A DNA stretch of 61,050 nt, the filler included, from Circinaria calcarea (lineage: Eukaryota): NCBI GenBank assembly GCA_051942165.1. It is 16 parts of 16 records of this genome, joined end to end, with 100 filler letters (N's around TTAATTAATTAA, not from the genome) between each part and the next. Parts side by side here need not be neighbours in the genome. Positions count along the whole stretch, not along the records: positions 1 to 3,736 come from JAVECS010002646.1; positions 3,837 to 7,571 come from JAVECS010002647.1; positions 7,672 to 11,405 come from JAVECS010002648.1; positions 11,506 to 15,239 come from JAVECS010002649.1; 12 more parts are not named here. One strand, given 5' to 3'. The position numbers were made by a program, and so were the translations under genes. The notes under the pieces are model-generated. The model made no database searches. It had not been told where the DNA came from and saw only the letters and a program-made list of their open reading frames with translations. Shown here piece by piece: positions 1-11,796 of the stretch (the stretch's first letter is position 1; each line of letters starts with the position of its first letter).

Positions 1-753
1 AGCGCACGCTTGCCCTGGCCTTGCCATCCTCCAGGTTCTTTGCGACTTCTGAATGCTTCGATCGCACCGGCAGTAAGAGCGGCTTTGACAGCCTGCTGAA
101 TCTTTTCTTTCTGATCCCCGGAACGAGAGCTTGACCGGGAATGTGAGTCACCACGGCGGCTACCACGGCGACTGCGACTGCGAGCACGATCGCGGTGAGA
201 ACCTGCCGCAGCACCTGCAGCCCCACCGAGACCTATGGCAGCCAACGCTTGCTCGCCGAGAGATTTGCGGCGACGACGGGGAGGACTTTCGGATTCCGAA
301 TCAGATTCATAGCGGCTGCGTCGAGAACCTATACTGCATCAGCATACTGTCAATAACATTTACACAAGCTGTCCCACTTCTCCTATCATCATATCGATCA
401 TCGTAATGCTTGCTACTGCGTCCACCGCCGCTCAGCGCGCCATCTGAACGTCGCGAGTCGCCATAGTAATAATCATCTTCATACCGACCGCGATCAGCCG
501 ACCGTGCCCGCTGAGCGGGATACCTGTTACGAACAGTGGTTCTGCGCTTTATGTATTCGCCTGGAGCGAAATCTCGTCGGATCTCTTCGATAGAACTGGT
601 GCTGCTATCACGGCGACGGACCAACTCCATGTTCCCGGGATTGCGTGGCGCCCGGGTATTTCGAGACTCGATGATTTCTTCCTCCTCATAGGTTCGAGGA
701 CGGTGTGATCTATGCCGCCGGGGCACATCTTGGTCTTGGTAGTATGAAGACAT
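1..753 (-). CDS. Arg/Ser-rich fungal protein, DUF3824-like (5' part, truncated at the contig edge)
   Basis: ATG at 753 (MSSYYQDQD). A GT-AG intron at 329-377 restores the frame: ...RRRKSLGEQALAAIGLGGAAG...RSRSRR...KIQQAVKAALTAGAIEAFRSRKEPGGWQG. Confidence 0.65.
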
Positions 754-1959
754 TCTCAACGCAGTGATGGGTGATGTCGCGAGGAAGAAGGGTCCTTTAG
801 GTCAAGTGATGGAATGCACTTGAGCGAACTCAGTTCACTCAGTAGCTAAACAGTTTTTGGTAGTGATGTCCTTTGGACTCGACAGTCGCTCGCGACTGCT
901 TCGACCAGAGGGAGGAAGGAGAGGATGAGCTTTGGGTGAATGTGGCGGAGTCTGGATGAATCCGGGGATCTGAGCTGATGGATGATGTGCCGGAATGCGC
1001 GGCTTTTAGTAGGCAAGTACGGCTTCTCCGGACTGTTGGGGTTGGGTTGGACGAGGCTGCAGCGCTATCTGTTGCGAACGAGGCTCGAAAGAATCAATGG
1101 AGAGTGTGAAAAGATTGAAACCTTTGATGTTGGGCATCGATGGATGTTGGTTTGGAAGGGAGGAGTGATTTGGCAGTTTAAGGGTCTGTCGGGGGGGTTT
1201 GAAAGTTGGATTTTGGTGGTGGGCAGCGGATACGTCACGGGCAGAAGTCAGCCCGACAGGGATTCCCAGAACACGTCCTCCACTTTGCCTTCACGGCGCC
1301 TTTCGGACGCGATCAGCCTGTAGTCGAAGTCGTCGCAGAAGAATGAATGTGACCACTAAAAGCCTCGGGATCCGAAGAATGAGACTTGTTTGAGTACGAG
1401 TGTCACCAATATGCGCAAGGCGATTGACTACAGACAGTATCAGGATCTCGTCCCCACCCGCCCGCATTCTAAAACTGTGCTACAACATACGCAATGCTTT
1501 GATCGTGGCTTGATTACTCCCGCTTACGAAGTACTCCACTTGGACCACCTCTATGTACTATACGGGCTCGGGGCATTGTCAAACCCTACACTCCCCACTA
1601 AAACCATTCGCCAGATAGTTGGATGTCTGCATAGGATATATACGGTCTACCTCCCCCAACTACAAGTTAGCATAGATCAGCCTGTACCTCTCTTGGCTTA
1701 GGTTTCGTTATTTGTCGACGGCATTGATTGCGTAGGTATATTGCATCAGTCGGTTGTTTGGTAACCCTCTCCCGCTGAGTCGGAGAGGAAGACTGCTCGG
1801 CAGCCACTTATATAAAGTCACAGCTGTTACTTATGTTATACATTGAAGATCCCAGCAAAGGCCGTCAACTTAGTGGTTACAGATTGAGAGCATCTTCATG
1901 CTCTTCCTCTGCTTGCCGTGTCAGTTCAAACTCCCCATAATGCCTTGCTTCCTAACATT

Positions 1960-3144
1960 CTAGAGTGCCACCATCTCTGCCAACCTATCCTCTTCTCTCT
2001 GACAGTTGCGATGCTGGCTGATGTTGAAGGTATACGCCTCGATGAAGTCCTTGCCTCCCTTCATCATTTTAGGACTCTCCCGGCAACTTTCTACCTTCGT
2101 CGCTCCGACTGTGAAAATAGCATAGGAATCCAGTACGTCGTAGCTGCCAGCAGACGAGAATTCCATATCTTCGATCCCACATACCATCTTGACGAGCTCA
2201 ACACCCTCGCCAGGTGCACCAATGGCTTTCAGGTGGCCGAAAGCCTCCCGAACCCAATGCGCCACACGACCATTCTTCTTAAGGGTGTTGATATGCGAGC
2301 CACCGGGGACAAAAATTGAATCGAACATGGTGGAACGCATCCCCTCGAAATGATGATCTGGCTGGACGCTCTTACTAGTATCCTTACTCTCGCCTTGAGC
2401 AAAAACAGGTTGTCGCTTGGGTCCAATAGTAAACAGAATGGCTTTGGCTGCCTTTAATGTAGTGAAGACACTATTGTAGGTTACTGCATCGCAGCATCAT
2501 ATCCGTTAGCAATGAAGATAGCAACACGACGAGTAGCAATCGTAAATTCCTTGGTCTGAAAGTAGGTTTGAGTAAGAGAGGCACCCTTCTGGCCATGATT
2601 AGGCTGGCCTTGCTTCGTAGGAGTGGGTGCTCCAGCTTTATCGACAACCGCTTTAGCAAGCTCAAGGCCGATATCGCAAAGACGATCAACCACTCTCGTG
2701 TAAACCACAGGATCATCGCAGTGGTCAAGTTCAAAGCTCAGGTCAGAAATCGAACGCGTCTTCTCTGATGTTGTCTGAGAATTCCAGGACAGCTGAGCTT
2801 GGATGATATGATCTTTGAACTTCTTACTCTTTCAAGCTTGACGGCAAACTCTCTAATATCCTTTACCGAATCGGGGCGGCTACCAAATACGGTAGAAAAC
2901 CGCACGAACACTGGTGTGATCCGGGAGGTATCCGTCATTACGCCAGCTTTAACATCCGAGGCACTCTCAGGGGGCTTGAGGGTAGGATTATTAACCAAAC
3001 ACCAAGAGCGTGAAACCAGTCGCTCGGGGATACGCTCATAATCAAATCGATTAATCTATTACCCAATGCTAGCAAATACATTTGCAGGGGCAGCCAGGTG
3101 TATATATGTTTCCGTCCCTTCTCCCGGCATAGAAAGTCGTGCAA
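1960..3144 (-). pseudogene. catA: Large-subunit (CatA/Cat-1 type) catalase pseudogene
   Basis: Recognisable blocks are INRFDYERIPERLV, TPVFVRFSTVFGSR..SVKDIREFAVK, FKDHIIQAQLSWNS..SFELDHCDDPVVY and a C-terminal DJ-1-like domain (RRVAIFIANG, MRSTMFDSIFVPGG, WVREAFGHLKAIG). There are several frameshifts and most of the heme core is missing. Confidence 0.85.
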
Positions 3145-3736
3145 AAGCTTCGAGTGTCTGCTGATGTTTTAAAGGAACTTGCGCTGTGGGCGTCAAGGGC
3201 AAGGAGGTTGTAATGTTTGGTTGTGAGAAGTGCTCAGCAATGAAATTATGAGATATTATAATCATCCCCTCAAAAAATTCAGACTTGTCGATATATATGT
3301 TTGCCTTGCCTTCGCCAATAGGCCAGTCAAAGAGATCTCACGGCCCAAAAACCAAAAATTGACATGATTTTGATTGGCGGCCACCCCTAATCATCTGACA
3401 ACCCAGGTCAAGCGTTTGAGGACTCTCCGGGTGATTCAAACTCAAGTAGATGCATCGAGTGTAGCACTAGTTCACAGCAAAGGTGCATACAGCCAAAAAC
3501 GTGACGGGAGACATGCATGTTTGTAAAATGGGTAATCTAGAAAATAGACCAAGGAGTTATATTTTCTGGAACAATGTTTGATAACTACAAAATAAACGGA
3601 CTTGATGTGCGCTATACAATCTATATAACGGCCTGTCCTTCCTGACCTTTCACCCGTCTACCTTCGAGGTAACTCCTTCCACTCTCGTATACACCGAGAT
3701 AGAGTCCACTACCAAGCGCCGTCCAAACCGCCCTCA

Positions 3737-3836
3737 NNNNNNNNNNNNNNNNNNNNNNNNNNNNNNNNNNNNNNNNNNNNTTAATTAATTAANNNNNNNN
3801 NNNNNNNNNNNNNNNNNNNNNNNNNNNNNNNNNNNN
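3737..3836. other. Artificial contig spacer, first of 15. The others are at 7572-7671, 11406-11505, 15240-15339, 19073-19172, 22904-23003, 26733-26832, 30561-30660, 34386-34485, 38207-38306, 42023-42122, 45834-45933, 49644-49743, 53451-53550 and 57251-57350
   Basis: Each is an identical 100-bp block, N44-TTAATTAATTAA-N44. The segments between them decrease steadily in length and genes are cut at the spacers. Confidence 0.98.
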
Positions 3837-3837
3837 G

Positions 3838-4743
3838 CCGGAGGCTCCCAAACGACCCGCATTGATAATTGACGAACGCACCATCAAAGGCTACGCAGAA
3901 TGGCACTACGACAATTATGAACCTCATCAAAGATGGAACGGCAGACAGATCCGCAATGCTTTCCAAATTGCCTACTCGCTGGCGGATTTTGATATGCAGA
4001 GGACCTCCTTGGATAATTGGGACGACGAGAATGCCGATATCCACGCGGATGCAGAAAACGACAAAGTAGGCAATGGGAACACGGCGGCGTCCAAATTGGA
4101 CCACCACCATTTCGAGATCGTTGCCAAGGTTATCGAGAAGTTCGATCGCTACCGCTTTGATGCCATGCAAGGAAGTACAGATACAGATATCGCTCTACAA
4201 AATGGTACTCGAGACGATAATTATAACGAAAACGATGGGGATCAAGGAGCCGTATATCATCCAAATCCAAGATCTCAACGTCAGGGTAACCCATTAATGC
4301 CTCGTCGTTCTCAACAACAATTCACGAGCAATTCGATGCGTCCAGGCCGAGGTGAGTACAACGGCCAAGGTCAACGACAGCGCCCACAGCAATTAAATTA
4401 CGAGCCTCCTCCACAGGAATACCAGCCTCCAAAACAGGGTTCACAACCACGACCAAAACAGCGTCCAATTCCACAAGAGATTGCACAAGACGACAATCAT
4501 CGACTTCGTGCTCGGGGTTCTCCTTCAAAAGTTACCCAACGCTCCAAGCCACCTTTGGACCGGAGATACGATTCGGGATATTCGACCGGCCCCTCCGCGC
4601 CCCCCAATAATGAATATGTCCCAGATGAGGAGTTGAGTGGTGAGTACCAGGATTATGTTGATGGTGGCGATGGTGGCGATGGTGGTGATCCGTACTATGA
4701 GGAGGATGAGGAGGATGAGTTTCAGACTAATGGGAGGTTGTGA
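3838..4743 (+). CDS. Fungal AAA+ ATPase, C-terminal lid plus disordered tail (5' truncated)
   Basis: WNGRQIRNAFQIA motif and the L..HHFEIVAK...FDRY helix typical of the expanded fungal AAA family, followed by a Q/P/acidic tail. Confidence 0.8.
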   Translation, partial: PEAPKRPALIIDERTIKGYAEWHYDNYEPHQRWNGRQIRNAFQIAYSLADFDMQRTSLDNWDDENADIHADAENDKVGNGNTAASKLDHHHFEIVAKVIEKFDRYRFDAMQGSTDTDIALQNGTRDDNYNENDGDQGAVYHPNPRSQRQGNPLMPRRSQQQFTSNSMRPGRGEYNGQGQRQRPQQLNYEPPPQEYQPPKQGSQPRPKQRPIPQEIAQDDNHRLRARGSPSKVTQRSKPPLDRRYDSGYSTGPSAPPNNEYVPDEELSGEYQDYVDGGDGGDGGDPYYEEDEEDEFQTNGRL

Positions 4744-5316
4744 TTTGTTTTCCCGTGATAGTTGCTTGGAGGATTTTATTTATTTTCCGTTGAAGATATT
4801 TATGATTACTTTCATTAACAAGCTAATAAAAAAGGTGTATTATAGAGAGGGCTTTTACGTTTTTCAATATTCTACACAGTATAACAGGAATAAACATTAT
4901 ATATATACAAGTGCTATGTATTGGATATATGGCGTGGCGTGACTTGAGCAATATATTAAAGCAAGGAATCAATACGTACACCTACAGTGTATATCGTATA
5001 CGATGTTGTAGTGTAAACTACATGGTCCGCAAAGTGCGAAATTAGGGGAAACGGGGAAACTCTACAGCCCACGCTATTACTAATAAATACGGGTAGTGCA
5101 GAACTTCTGCATATAGAAGTTCGGCATAGTAGTTGGGGCATATAATATACTTGGCTGTACCATTCAACAAATTTAATCTTTTTTCATTGCTTTCAAGGAT
5201 GAATTATAAAACGAGGGATAAACAGCTTAAAATATCAAAAAGTGGACCGGAGAAGGTAAACCGTGATGCTCAATCGAAGAAGAAGCTTTTAGATCCCATT
5301 ACCGTTACCGAATCAT

Positions 5317-6434
5317 TCAACTATAATACTCCTTCCCAGGTAACTGATATTCCTGTAGTCGCTGCACGCCAATTAGCTCCCCCTCACGGCAAAAAAACCA
5401 AAAAAAACACCATCCTTCTAATCACAACCTACATACCTCCTTATCATGTCCTAAAATAACCTTTGCCCCCGTCCGCTTCGCCAACATGTGGATCATCTGG
5501 TTACTTCTCACCCATTCGTCATGGTCTCTCGCCAACCAACCTTGCGGATGACTTTCTTCGTAATTCTCCCGCACGTGGTATTGGTCTGTGGTGAAGATCC
5601 AGGTGCCGGATTCGGGCATGTTGACTTGTAGGATGCAGAGACCTGGGGTGTGGCCGGGGGCGTGGCGGATGATGAGACCTTGCGCGATTTCTAGATAGGA
5701 ACCTAGGAGATGCATGGTTTAGTTTAGTGATTAGGGGGGTTGGAGGGGAAAGGAGGCGGGAGGGGGGAAGGGAGGCACCTGTAAAGGTCTTCCAGTTGAC
5801 TTCAAAGTTCAAGTAGTGAGGGAGGTAGACGCCAAAGTCAGATTTGGTAGCGACGCTGTAGAAAGCATGCTTCAACTCTATCTCATGCACGTAGATGGGC
5901 ACATCGGTATCTCGGAAGTTCTCGAGGCCACCGGCATGATCCATGTGTAAATGTCCGATGATGACGGCCTTGACATCTTTGATATCGTTTCCAGTCTTGG
6001 CTATGGCGGCCGGAAGTTCGTGGTCTGCAGTGAAGCCCGTCCGGGCGAAAATGTCGTTGATGGGAGCGCCCCAGATGGTGGGATAGTCTTTGCCAGCGCC
6101 AGTCTCAAAGAGAATGAGGCCGTCAGTTGGGTGGTCGATGAGAACGGAGATCATGGCAAGCTCGCGGCGCTGATTTGTGGGGTTGGGACCGCTGAGGGTG
6201 CTGGTGGTACCGGCGCGCATCATCCAGCCCATGTCGACCTCGAGGTTTCCGAGATGAAGGAGCTGTATGGATGGGTTAGTATTTTACCCGGAATGTAGTC
6301 TGGCGGAACCTACCCATAGCTTGGTTCCCTGCCAACAGCCAGTAAGGTTAATAGAATGTGCTGGCTTCCTTAGCGAAAGTATGTACCTTTGGAGCCTTTA
6401 TGATGCCATCCAGTGATATAGGGAATTCGGCCAT
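5317..6434 (-). CDS. Metallo-beta-lactamase fold hydrolase, N-acyl-homoserine lactonase (AiiA/AttM-like) family
   Basis: Spliced model MAEFPISLDGIIKAPKGTKLWLLHLGNLEVD...GHLHMDHAGGL...PGHTPG...FTTDQYH...ILGHD..RLQEYQLPGKEYYS*. It has the HxHxDH zinc motif and about 4 GT-AG introns. Confidence 0.88.
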
Positions 6435-7357
6435 AGCTCGAGAATCTGGCAACCGTTCTCGGTCTGAGTACTGAATCTATGAGTCTGATGTCCCTCGGAG
6501 AATCTACGTCGATAGATGTATCTGTTTTCTGTACGAAGGAATATGGACCTCTTAAGTGCCCGTCCAAAGGCCAATATCATATCACGATAAGTCGGATTAG
6601 GACGCCATCGTCATACTGCAGCCCTTTGTTCATTGTGTCTTCATGATTTCAAATTCGAAAGGATCTTTAGTCTCGCAATGCTCTCGATGTTGTCAGGCCT
6701 ACCATGCTGCATAATCTCACTGTGGGTCAACCATTTCTCTCGTTGCCTCTCTGGTTCATAGTGCTAAACGAAAAGGGCGCATTCCCGAGAGGATTCTTTG
6801 CATTTTACCTGGTCCCACGGATGCGGTTGAGCTGCCAGAGCTGACGACCGTTGCAACGGTGAGCCGCTAGTTTAATAAACTAGCGACGTTACATCAACGA
6901 ATCGGGTAACTCCCACGTTGGACTCTGCGGGCTGACCTGGCTGACATGCATAAGTTAGATTCATAGCGTTTATAATTGTGAAACCATCACATTGTGTGAA
7001 AATTACTTACGGGGTACGGGGTAATATTGTAGGCAACTTCGCGTCAATATTTAAAATCCAATGAAGCCCGGGCTGGACGTAGCCCCTGCATCTTGACCGC
7101 TCATAGCAGTGCTCATCTCGGAACATGTAATTGTCATTGTGCAATCCGCGTAGCGATGGGTTGCTAAGCAAGTCAATAGGAGCACAGACCTAGCCTCCCT
7201 TGAGTGTAGGGGGGTACCCGTATATGCAGACTTTAAAACCCTTGTTAACTCTCGCAGCTCCTCCTTGCTTTTCCCACCCGCAGATATAAACCATCACCTT
7301 ATAGCATCAGAGTCAGTACACAGCCGCAATAGCCCATAGCTTCGGTTTGACGCCGCG

Positions 7358-7571
7358 ATGTCGAAGCCCATCATTCTCTACTCCCAGGGCAGAGGTCCTA
7401 ATCCATGGAAGGTAGCCATTATACTTGAGGAACTTGGCATCCCTTACGAGAACCAATTCGTCCCCGCGTCGGAGATCAAGAAGCCTCCTTATGTAGAGCT
7501 CAACCCAAATGGCCGGTACGTATGATGTAGAATCAGTACAAAACAAGTCTTATTGACTAACCTCTCATCTT
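7358..7571 (+). CDS. Glutathione S-transferase (Ure2p-like), N-terminal exon (3' truncated)
   Basis: MSKPIILYSQGRGPNPWKVAIILEELGIPY...KKPPYVELNPNGR, followed by a GTACGT donor at 7516. Not in the ORF track. Confidence 0.9.
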
Positions 7572-7672
7572 NNNNNNNNNNNNNNNNNNNNNNNNNNNNN
7601 NNNNNNNNNNNNNNNTTAATTAATTAANNNNNNNNNNNNNNNNNNNNNNNNNNNNNNNNNNNNNNNNNNNNT

Positions 7673-9007
7673 CCTAATACCAATCAAGCAAATCTTGTTG
7701 CAAATGGCCTTGGGCAGGATGCTAACCGGCTTCTACAGGCTTATAACGGGATGCCGATGGGACAAGTATTCAACAATGCTTCAGATTTAGCAAACGCACC
7801 TGGTGTGGCCCGCTCGTTGATAGCAATGCAGGAGCGGCTATCTACGCTAGAGGCAACACTCAACAATGGAGGAGTCCCACTGGAAGATGATATCTATCAA
7901 GCGCAATTACAGTTTGACGAGTTATGGCGTCAACAGCCTTTACTTCAAGGCCGGCCGGGTACCCTGTTGCAAACTCAACTTTTAAACATCATGCTCCGGG
8001 CTTCGCAAGCTCGAAGAAGGAGTCACAACTCATCAAACCCAACGCCTGAAGTATCTACAGCGCCTTCATTCGTGCCGCAGCCCACAATGCAGGCGTCATC
8101 TATGGTGTATCTTTTATCATCTCCGAGTGGCCCACAAGCCCTCCTGATATCACCCTCGGGAACGATGTATGCTTCTCCAGGGTTAAACACTGTCCAAGCA
8201 GGAATACCATTTGGACTCCAAGCTCAGCAACGTCTTGGAAGGCAGATTCGACTAGTCAACCCTGCAAGCAACATAAACGTACAGTCGCGACCTCCTCCGC
8301 AAAACGATCAGGTCGTTGAGCAACAGCAGCAACAGCCTCAAGTCAACGAAGCTCGAGACCTGGTCCGTATACTTCTACCTTTAGGAGGTCACTTATGGCT
8401 TCTGATACGTCTCTTCGGATTTGTCTACTTTTTTACAGGTGGTACCGGATGGCGACGCACAATCTTACTTGGTATTTGCGCTCTTACGGTTTTCATCGCC
8501 CAGACCGGTGTTTTTCGACCTTTGCAACAAGCAATATGGGATCCTCTTAGGAGACATGTCGAAGGATTGGTGCCTTTGGGTGCTCACGCTGCCCCTCGTG
8601 CGGATGTAAACCGCGAGGAAATTGAAGGACAAAGGCGCGGAGGAGCTCGACCTGACCCCAGAGATATGGCAGATCGTCTACTGCAACAGCGAGATAGCCG
8701 TGACGGTAGTATCCTTCGGAGAAATCTACGTCGTGCGGAGAGGGCTACTGCGCTATTCGTGGCCAGCCTTGTCCCGGGCGTTGGTGAGAGACACATAGCT
8801 GCAAGAGATGCAGCTGAAGCGGCACGATTAGCCGAAGAGAGGGAGAGGGAAGAGCGGTTAAGGAGAGAAGTAGAGACCTCAACGCAGGAAGTAGCCATTG
8901 CAGCCACCGAAGAACATGGAGAGGATATTTTCAGTGATGCTCAAGAGGATACAGGGGCGGGTTCAGGGCAAGTTTCCCAAGAAAACGTGGTAGCACCCGC
9001 TACATAG
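7673..9007 (+). CDS. ER membrane protein, Usa1/HERP-like ubiquitin-domain family, C-terminal part (5' truncated)
   Basis: VYLLSSPSGPQALL, HLWLLIRLFGFVYFF with two hydrophobic segments, and ERATALFVASLVPGVGERHIAAR resemble fungal Usa1/Herp-like proteins. Confidence 0.65.
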   Translation, partial: PNTNQANLVANGLGQDANRLLQAYNGMPMGQVFNNASDLANAPGVARSLIAMQERLSTLEATLNNGGVPLEDDIYQAQLQFDELWRQQPLLQGRPGTLLQTQLLNIMLRASQARRRSHNSSNPTPEVSTAPSFVPQPTMQASSMVYLLSSPSGPQALLISPSGTMYASPGLNTVQAGIPFGLQAQQRLGRQIRLVNPASNINVQSRPPPQNDQVVEQQQQQPQVNEARDLVRILLPLGGHLWLLIRLFGFVYFFTGGTGWRRTILLGICALTVFIAQTGVFRPLQQAIWDPLRRHVEGLVPLGAHAAPRADVNREEIEGQRRGGARPDPRDMADRLLQQRDSRDGSILRRNLRRAERATALFVASLVPGVGERHIAARDAAEAARLAEEREREERLRREVETSTQEVAIAATEEHGEDIFSDAQEDTGAGSGQVSQENVVAPAT

Positions 9008-9349
9008 GGTTTCCACAGAGGCATATCTGGTACTTTAGCGAGGCGTTGTAGGTGTGGACGGCTCTGGTGCGTTGGATCACCCGATGCTGAAACATGAATT
9101 TCGTTAGTTCTTCTGCAACCGCAACTGTTTCGTCCTTCCACCTTGACCAGGTTACACTCGTTAGCTTTCCTTCCGGACCAATCTTCTGATTATCCCGTCC
9201 ACCGGTCTCCCATTATTTTTTAAAAACCTATCCCAATGATTATATGACATCTCCGGAGGCCGGCTCCTTAGCCCGCAGTTAGCCCCTTTAATCAGCATAT
9301 ATGTAACTTTTCTACAAAATATTGTCCACATTGCAATTTCTATACTCAT

Positions 9350-9894
9350 TCAATAGACTCTCTTATCACCATCTGCGGACAAACAACAGTAGCTGGTCCT
9401 ACAGACGTCGAAACAACTGGCCCACCTTTGTCCTCAGGCATAACCATTACCATTGGGAATATCCCTGTACACCCTGACTCTGTTGGACTTGTAACTGGTT
9501 CTACTACTCTCTCGGTATTTGGACCAAGCCCAACTCCAGCCAATGGTGTCCAAGGTAGCGGTCTCACTCTTGATAAAACGCACAGTTCCTTACAATTGGA
9601 GGATCAACAGCTATTCTCAATCACACACCGTCCTACCGCCGATCCAGTAGCCCTTTAAGTGGTACAGAATTGATATCCAACCCCGATGTGACCCCGACAG
9701 CTTTAGGATGTGAAAGGACTATGGCTGTAACCTCAGACACTTCTGGATCAGCATCGAACAGCGATATCATACCCGTCCAAGGCTGTATTACTGTGCACAG
9801 AGCGGTATTCGTAGCCCTGATTTTAGGGATAGGGTTCTGGTTGTCCTGTGTTGCTCTTGTAATAGTCGAAGTTCTGTGGAAAACACTCTCTTGA
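9350..9894 (+). pseudogene. Degenerate Ser/Thr/Gly-rich cell-surface protein remnant with a C-terminal hydrophobic segment
   Basis: ITICGQTTVAGPT...GITITIGNIPVHPDSVGLVTGSTTL beta-rich repeat-like sequence, broken by a stop and frameshift at about 9658, ending in VFVALILGIGFWLSCVALVIV. Confidence 0.35.
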
Positions 9895-10666
9895 AGATTG
9901 ATTCATCTATTTTTGAGGGTATTCTTACAAACACTCCAATGCCCGTATCGAGGACAATATAGACGATGTGGACTTAATAAAGGAGGAAGTAGGCAAGTCA
10001 CAGGGCCCACCAGTGCTTCTTTTGCATAGAGCTCTGTTCGCGATTTTAGCCGCGTGGGCCGGCTCACTCAGTTCTTGCAAAGCATTAACCTAGGAGAAAT
10101 CAGGGAAGCATGGAATAGAATGCAAAAAACGTAGGACTGCTTCTTCCCACTTTGTACACACTGTTGTCTGTACATATAACCATTATCCACCTTACGACGT
10201 TTGGTTGACCGTCCACCTCCTAACGAATAGCCCACAGTTTTATGTAAATAACTTCTTTTGCACTGCACATTTCTATGTAAGAGAGGTGATCGCGTGTCAA
10301 GCTACCAGAAAGAGACAAGCGCGTTTCCCCCATTCATCTCCAATTTTGATACAGCGAAGTGTAGACCGAGCTCCACTAATTCTAATGCACAAGCCGGCCA
10401 GGATCTTGTTACATGAAGCGGTTGGCTATCAGCAGAGAGTCTAACTAAGTTTAAATCGCCAAGTATCTTGTTTGCCATCTCTCGATTGCACTTGGCCCAC
10501 TTGTACTGCATACCTCGTCCAAGACACAAGAACAAGCATCCCAGTAATGATCCTACCTCCATCTCCTCTCCCGCCAACTTCCTCTCATATTTCCTTGATC
10601 TATGTCTCTCATTGCTCTGGACACTTGAGTACCAAGTGTCTCTGACTTCCATCTTCTCTACCAGCC

Positions 10667-11405
10667 ATGGTCTGCATCCATAGAGCACTAACAGCACTAC
10701 CAGCATCCGCTCAGGCCATCGATCGCGCCTTCCTGCTGCTGTTCTTTCTCATCGGACTCTCGGTGCTCTACCGTTTCTCCTTTCTAGGTACCTAAAGTCG
10801 AGGCGCGCTTGAATTGGGAAATGTGCCGGCCACTGTGGACTAACTTGTATCCCTAGACGTCGATGATCCGTATAAGTGCAAAGCGCTATTGAACCGTGGA
10901 CAATGGCTCGATCCATCCTCTTGGCCTTCGAACCAAAGGCCCCTCCGCAATTGGCAGCCTCCAGGCTGCATTCTCCATGACTACACCACGAAAGATATCT
11001 CGACATGCCTGAAGTCTAAGAGAATAGTGCTGGCAGGGGATTCCACAATACGGCAAATATACTGGGCTATCGCCAAGAAACTTGATGCTGCCGGTGCAGA
11101 GAAGGACCTGGCTGTGGCGGAGAAGCATGGAGACTTAAAATTTCAAAGCGCTGGCGTGGAGCTTCGTTTTCTCTGGGACCCTTTTATAAATTCTACATTG
11201 TTGCACATGGAATTGACCGCTTTCAAGGAAAGAGCAGATCCATCCAGCAGGACGGATGATAATAATCGAATCAGTTCAGGTATCATCCTCGTGGGCGGAG
11301 GCTTATGGTATGCACGAAATATCAATGTTGCACCCCAGAAGCACTTTCGGGAAGCCGTTGACGACATCCTATCGTACATGCAGCCAGCTGTCACTGAAAA
11401 CGTAC
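10667..11405 (+). CDS. Cas1p/CASD1-like O-acetyltransferase, N-terminal SGNH-like domain (3' truncated)
   Basis: N-terminal TM exon and intron 10788-10856, then DPYKCKALLNRGQWL...WQPPGC.LHDY...CL...IVLAGDSTIRQIYWA...FLWDPF, including the GDS motif. Confidence 0.85.
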
Positions 11406-11505
11406 NNNNNNNNNNNNNNNNNNNNNNNNNNNNNNNNNNNNNNNNNNNNTTAATTAATTAANNNNNNNNNNNNNNNNNNNNNNNNNNNNNNNNNNNNNNN
11501 NNNNN

Positions 11506-11796
11506 TCTATTATCGGCATTGCGATTGCATCCTCCGTCTTTCAAAATATACTGAAATCGCAACTCTGGGGGAGATTCGGTGACAAGAAAGATGCCGCCGC
11601 AACCATCTCAAGGATCCGCGACAGCCTAGATGAGATCAGATATCTATCTCCAGAATGGAAACAAGGCGTTATGGACGCCTATATGGATGCCTTGCGAGGG
11701 GTCTTCTTGATTCTACTCGGAATAGGGGTTTTGGGAGCAATGGTGAGCTTGCTAATGCGCGAGCACAAGCTCCACAGCAATCTGGCAAGAAAGTGA
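11506..11796 (+). CDS. MFS DHA2/Vba-like transporter, C-terminus (5' truncated)
   Basis: IGIAIASSVFQNIL...IRDSLDEI...VMDAYMDALRGVFLILLGIGVLGAMVSLLMREHKLHSNLARK*. Confidence 0.85.
   Translation, partial: SIIGIAIASSVFQNILKSQLWGRFGDKKDAAATISRIRDSLDEIRYLSPEWKQGVMDAYMDALRGVFLILLGIGVLGAMVSLLMREHKLHSNLARK

Noticed and set aside
3781..3792. Periodic TTAATTAATTAA palindrome every 3.8 kb, and ORFs ending in XXXLIN
   Set aside because: Synthetic linker embedded in N runs.
6398..6580. ORF resembling a mitochondrial presequence upstream of the lactonase
   Set aside because: It stops at 6398. A cleaner spliced model starts at ATG 6434 in another frame (MAEFPISLDGIIKAPKGTKLW).
10667..11405. CRISPR Cas1
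   Set aside because: Name coincidence only. This is the capsule-synthesis Cas1p O-acetyltransferase family.
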